Under the pieces are notes generated by a model. That model had not been told where the DNA came from. It searched no databases and was given only the letters and a program-made list of their open reading frames with translations. Source: Paraspadella gotoi (Eukaryota > Animalia > Chaetognatha). From it: a stretch of 28,148 nucleotides of DNA. Within the stretch, counting starts at the first letter, position 1. Every line of letters starts with the position of its first letter. The stretch is from the NCBI GenBank assembly GCA_051294375.1, contig CM119263.1, positions 28,863,360 through 28,891,507 on the forward strand, written 5' to 3'. The translations under genes and the position numbers were made by a program. Positions 24,521-28,148 of this stretch are shown in pieces.

Positions 24521-25016
24521 AATGGAGGCAAAAATAAAACAATGAAAAAAAATTATTTAAACTAAGTAAAGTAAATATAAACAAGCAAAAAAACCCAAGA
24601 GTGAAGGTGAAGATAAAAAAAAATATTGTGGAAAAAAAATTTCTCGACTTGAAAAAAAAAATGTGCTGAGATTGAGAAAAAAGTGACATAACGAGCATAA
24701 CGATAAAACGAGGAAAGAAAAAATAAAAGGCGAAAAGAAAATGAAAAAGAAAAAGGAGAAAAAAAGAAGAAAAGAAAGAAAGAAAAGAAAAAAAGAAAAA
24801 AAAAGAAAAGCGACGGCAGATTTCGGATTCTAAAGAAAATCGTCCGAGCGTGAATCTTGACGACGAAAAAATGGCGGGAAAAGTGGCAAAAAAAGTGGCA
24901 TAAATGGCACCGAGGGGAGGGGGGAAGGAGGAGGAGGTGGAGGAGAGAAAGAAGGCTGATGATGACGACGACGACGACGACGAAGACGACGACGACGCTA
25001 ACGAAAGTCGGTCATA

Positions 25017-25087
25017 ACCGGAAGTGGAACCGGAAGTGGAACGATTCCTTCGTTTTCTTCTATGATGGAAATTTCAGACCGGAAGTT
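25017..25087 (+). promoter_or_regulatory. Tandem ETS-type sites
   Basis: ACCGGAAGTGG at 25017-25027 and 25029-25039, ACCGGAAGTT at 25078-25087. Confidence 0.3.
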
Positions 25088-26169
25088 CAAGGCGAACTTT
25101 ACACGCTCCCCTATTTCCTCCTTTCCTTCCTCTTCCTCCCCCACTTCCTCCTTTCCTCCCTCCCTCCTCTTCCTCCTATTCTCTTTTCTTCCTCTTGGCC
25201 TCCCTCTCTTTTAACTCGTTCCTCAGTTAGCAGCCTTGGGTAACGAACGTGACAGTCTCGTCTGTGTCACGCTCTCTATCTTGTCTTTTCTCCTCTCCTC
25301 TCTTCCGTCCTCCCTCCCTCTCTCTCTCCCTCCCTCTCTTCCTCCCTCCCTCCCTCTCTCTCCTCTCCCCCCTAACCGAAAACCAAATGGAGCTTGATTT
25401 GCGACTAGGGAGGACATCAAATTTTTAAGGGAGAAAATAAATAATAAATAATTCAATGGGAAAAATATCCATTAACGGGGAACGAAGAAAAAGGACGACG
25501 ACAACGACGACGACGACGACGACAATAAATGGGGAACAACCTCAAGCATAATTCGCAATCTCCAAACAACAACATTGATAAAAACAATAACAACAACAAC
25601 AACAACCCAAAACAAAAGGGAATCGCTTGTGATGCAAAATCATCATCGGTATTTTTCCTTTCATCTTTTTTTTTTATCTCGCGACGAAAATAAAGATAAA
25701 ATAAGAGAAGATATTTTTATGTTGTTTACGACGACAGTAAACAACAGAGCAGACGAAATAACGAAAAGGGAAGACGACGACGACGACGACGACGATGATG
25801 ACAATGGCATCCCGTGTGGGTTTCTTGGTTTGATACAGTCAAACGGAAATATATTTGTAGCCTCGAGTGGCTGAAACCCTTCTCAGCTACATACTTAAGC
25901 GAAGGACTGAAAAACTGAAAAACAAGAAGGATTCGCCCCCTAACAAATGTAGAAAAGAGCAAAGCAAAACGTCGAGAAAAAAAAGCAAGTAGTGAAGCAG
26001 AAAAGCAATGAATCAGTCACAATAGCAGTCAAAAACTCAAAAATTCAAAAAAGGTAAAACGATTCAAGCGAAAAGTCAGGGAGAGAGACATAAACGTCAA
26101 CTGTCTCACGATGGAAACTGAAAAAAAGAAAAGAAGAGAGAAGGAGAAATGGAAAGAGATGAGAAAAAA

Positions 26170-26262
26170 AGAAAAGGAAAGAAAAGAAAAGAAAAGAAAA
26201 GGAAAAGAAAAGAAAAGAAAGGAAAAGAAAAGAAAAGAAAAGAAAAGAAAAGAAAAGAAAAA
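26170..26262 (+). repeat. (AAAAG)n microsatellite
   Basis: Direct inspection. Confidence 0.9.
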
Positions 26263-26870
26263 AGGCAAAATACTTAATAAGAATTGATTAAGAAACTAGG
26301 GCAGAAATAAACAATCAGGGCAAATAAGCTAAGGGAGAATGAATATAAAGAATTAAAGACAGGAGCAATTTTATTTAAATAAGACATTCCACGCAAAGAA
26401 ATAGGAACGAAATGAAAAAAAAAGACAGTTTAACTGTTCTAAACTTGTTAAAAACAATGTAAAGATGACAACTAGTTTATCCCTTCAAAACCCGACATCT
26501 ATTTCTTTTTGAAAGAAGACCGACGCAAATTTTTCGACAAGCAGTTTTGACTTTTAAGCCAAGCACCGAAATGAGTTTAATTACCGACCCGGAGAAAAGT
26601 AATTTCTCCCTGGCGGAACGACACGCACTTACCGTCGAGTCGGATCCGGGGACCGAGTCTAACCTTACCCTAACCTACCCTAAACGGAGCCGGGTCCTGG
26701 GAAACGGACCGAACCACCAGCCACCCTGCTTCCTGACAGTCGGATCATAAAAGAGGAAATGGGATTAAGATACGAATCGAGAGAGAGAGAGAGGAAGGAG
26801 AGACGAAGCAGAGGATGGAGGGGAGAGAGAGAGAAGAGAAGAGGGAGAGAGGAGCAGAGAGAGGAGAGGA

Positions 26871-26927
<57 letters not shown>

Positions 26928-27212
26928 TCTCCTCCCTCATTTAGTAAGCGTCTTTAACTTCAATTCATTAGTTCTTAATTACATTTTCTAAAAAATTAAA
27001 AATTAAGTTCTTTTAAAAATTCGATTCATAATTTTTTTCTCAGCCTCGATATCCGGATGAAGCTAATTGGTTGTTGTTGTGGTTGTTGTTGTTCTTGTTA
27101 TTCTTCTTGTTGTTATTGTTGTTCTTGTTGCCTTTGAACCAGAACACCCAACAAAATATCTTGAAGCTCCGTGGCTTTGAACCCAAGACTCGGACTTCGC
27201 ACCCAGATCCAA

Positions 27213-27232
27213 CTCTCTCTCTCTCTATTCTC

Positions 27233-27289
<57 letters not shown>
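27213..27289 (+). repeat. (CT)n microsatellite
   Basis: Direct inspection. Confidence 0.9.
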
Positions 27290-27291
<2 letters not shown>

Positions 27292-27803
27292 GGCGTCTCC
27301 ATCTCTCTCGACCGGAAGTGGCGCTTAAAAACATTCGAGAAACAATTTGGGAGAGGACGATGAGAAGGAACCTAAAGTGTCATTAGGAGACGAATGAAGG
27401 CGGGGCAAGGACGAGGACGGCATGGCAAAGCAAGGCATGGGGCATGGGTCGGGTCGCACACTGCACAGGGCGCCAAGGAATGCATCGGTTCAGATTCCGC
27501 GCACGACGTGGACTCCAGGGATCGAGAACGCATGACGCATTGCGCCATCTTGGGATGACGTCATCGAAATTAGGGGAGAAGGAAAAAGGGGGGAGGAGGA
27601 GGAGGAGGAGGAGGAAGAAGAAGAGGAGGAGGGGGCAGCCCGGGCTACAGCTCCAGGTCGAGGGAATAGAGGGACTCCACTCAATAACAGAAACTGACAT
27701 CGAGGACCCAAATATGACCCAAAAATGACCCACATCGCAGATAAAATAAAAAAGGGGGGAAAAGGGAAGAGCGTTGGCGCAGCCGTAAACTGCGCAACAC
27801 TGA

Positions 27804-27836
<33 letters not shown>

Positions 27837-27964
27837 AACAAAGTGGCGCGACTTTTGCAAAGTTACTCGCGTCAAATGCAGATGTTGCGAAGAGATTTCC
27901 TGCGCCCTCTCTCTCCTTTTTTGATTATCTCTTTTTATTTCTTTTTTATTTCTGCTCTCTCACT

Positions 27965-27971
27965 GAGAGAA

Positions 27972-28032
<61 letters not shown>

Positions 28033-28109
28033 AGAGCAGCCTTGCTTCCAGAAGTTTTGGGCCGTGAACGAGCGAAGTGAGAGACGGAGAGAGAGAGAGA
28101 GAGAGCACG

Positions 28110-28148
<39 letters not shown>
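27965..28148 (+). repeat. Interrupted (GA)n tracts running to the window end
   Basis: Direct inspection. Confidence 0.85.

Noticed and set aside
27760-27805. Minus-strand CCAVYGCAN resembling the start of a THAP zinc finger
   Set aside because: No downstream THAP residues (conserved P, W, CxxHF) at suitable spacing; probably chance.

Overview
AT-rich animal (probably invertebrate) genomic DNA, dense in (GA)n/(CT)n microsatellites, from an indel-noisy scaffold with three N gaps (221-401, 12093-12192, 20464-20563). The one protein-coding element I can confidently recognise is a 142-bp minus-strand internal exon of a semaphorin (Sema domain, 3299-3440), which the ORF track misses. The gap-bounded contig 12193-20463 is a second copy of 1109-6587, including a frameshifted copy of that exon, and carries a 2.88-kb 5'-truncated APE+RT non-LTR retrotransposon (RTE-X-like, 12657-15534) that is absent from the first copy. 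Filled and empty sites are therefore both visible, most likely as two haplotypes. 10927-12085 recurs at 21341-22410. Two ~0.7-kb arrays of a 16-bp unit (8731-9440 and 10072-10729) lie in inverted orientation and form a foldback-like structure around a 630-bp spacer that contains a 19-20-bp minisatellite and a splice-site-flanked segment. Most ORFs in the track are repeat artefacts. I see no support for a novel multi-gene system; the foldback and the polymorphic LINE are the most interesting elements.
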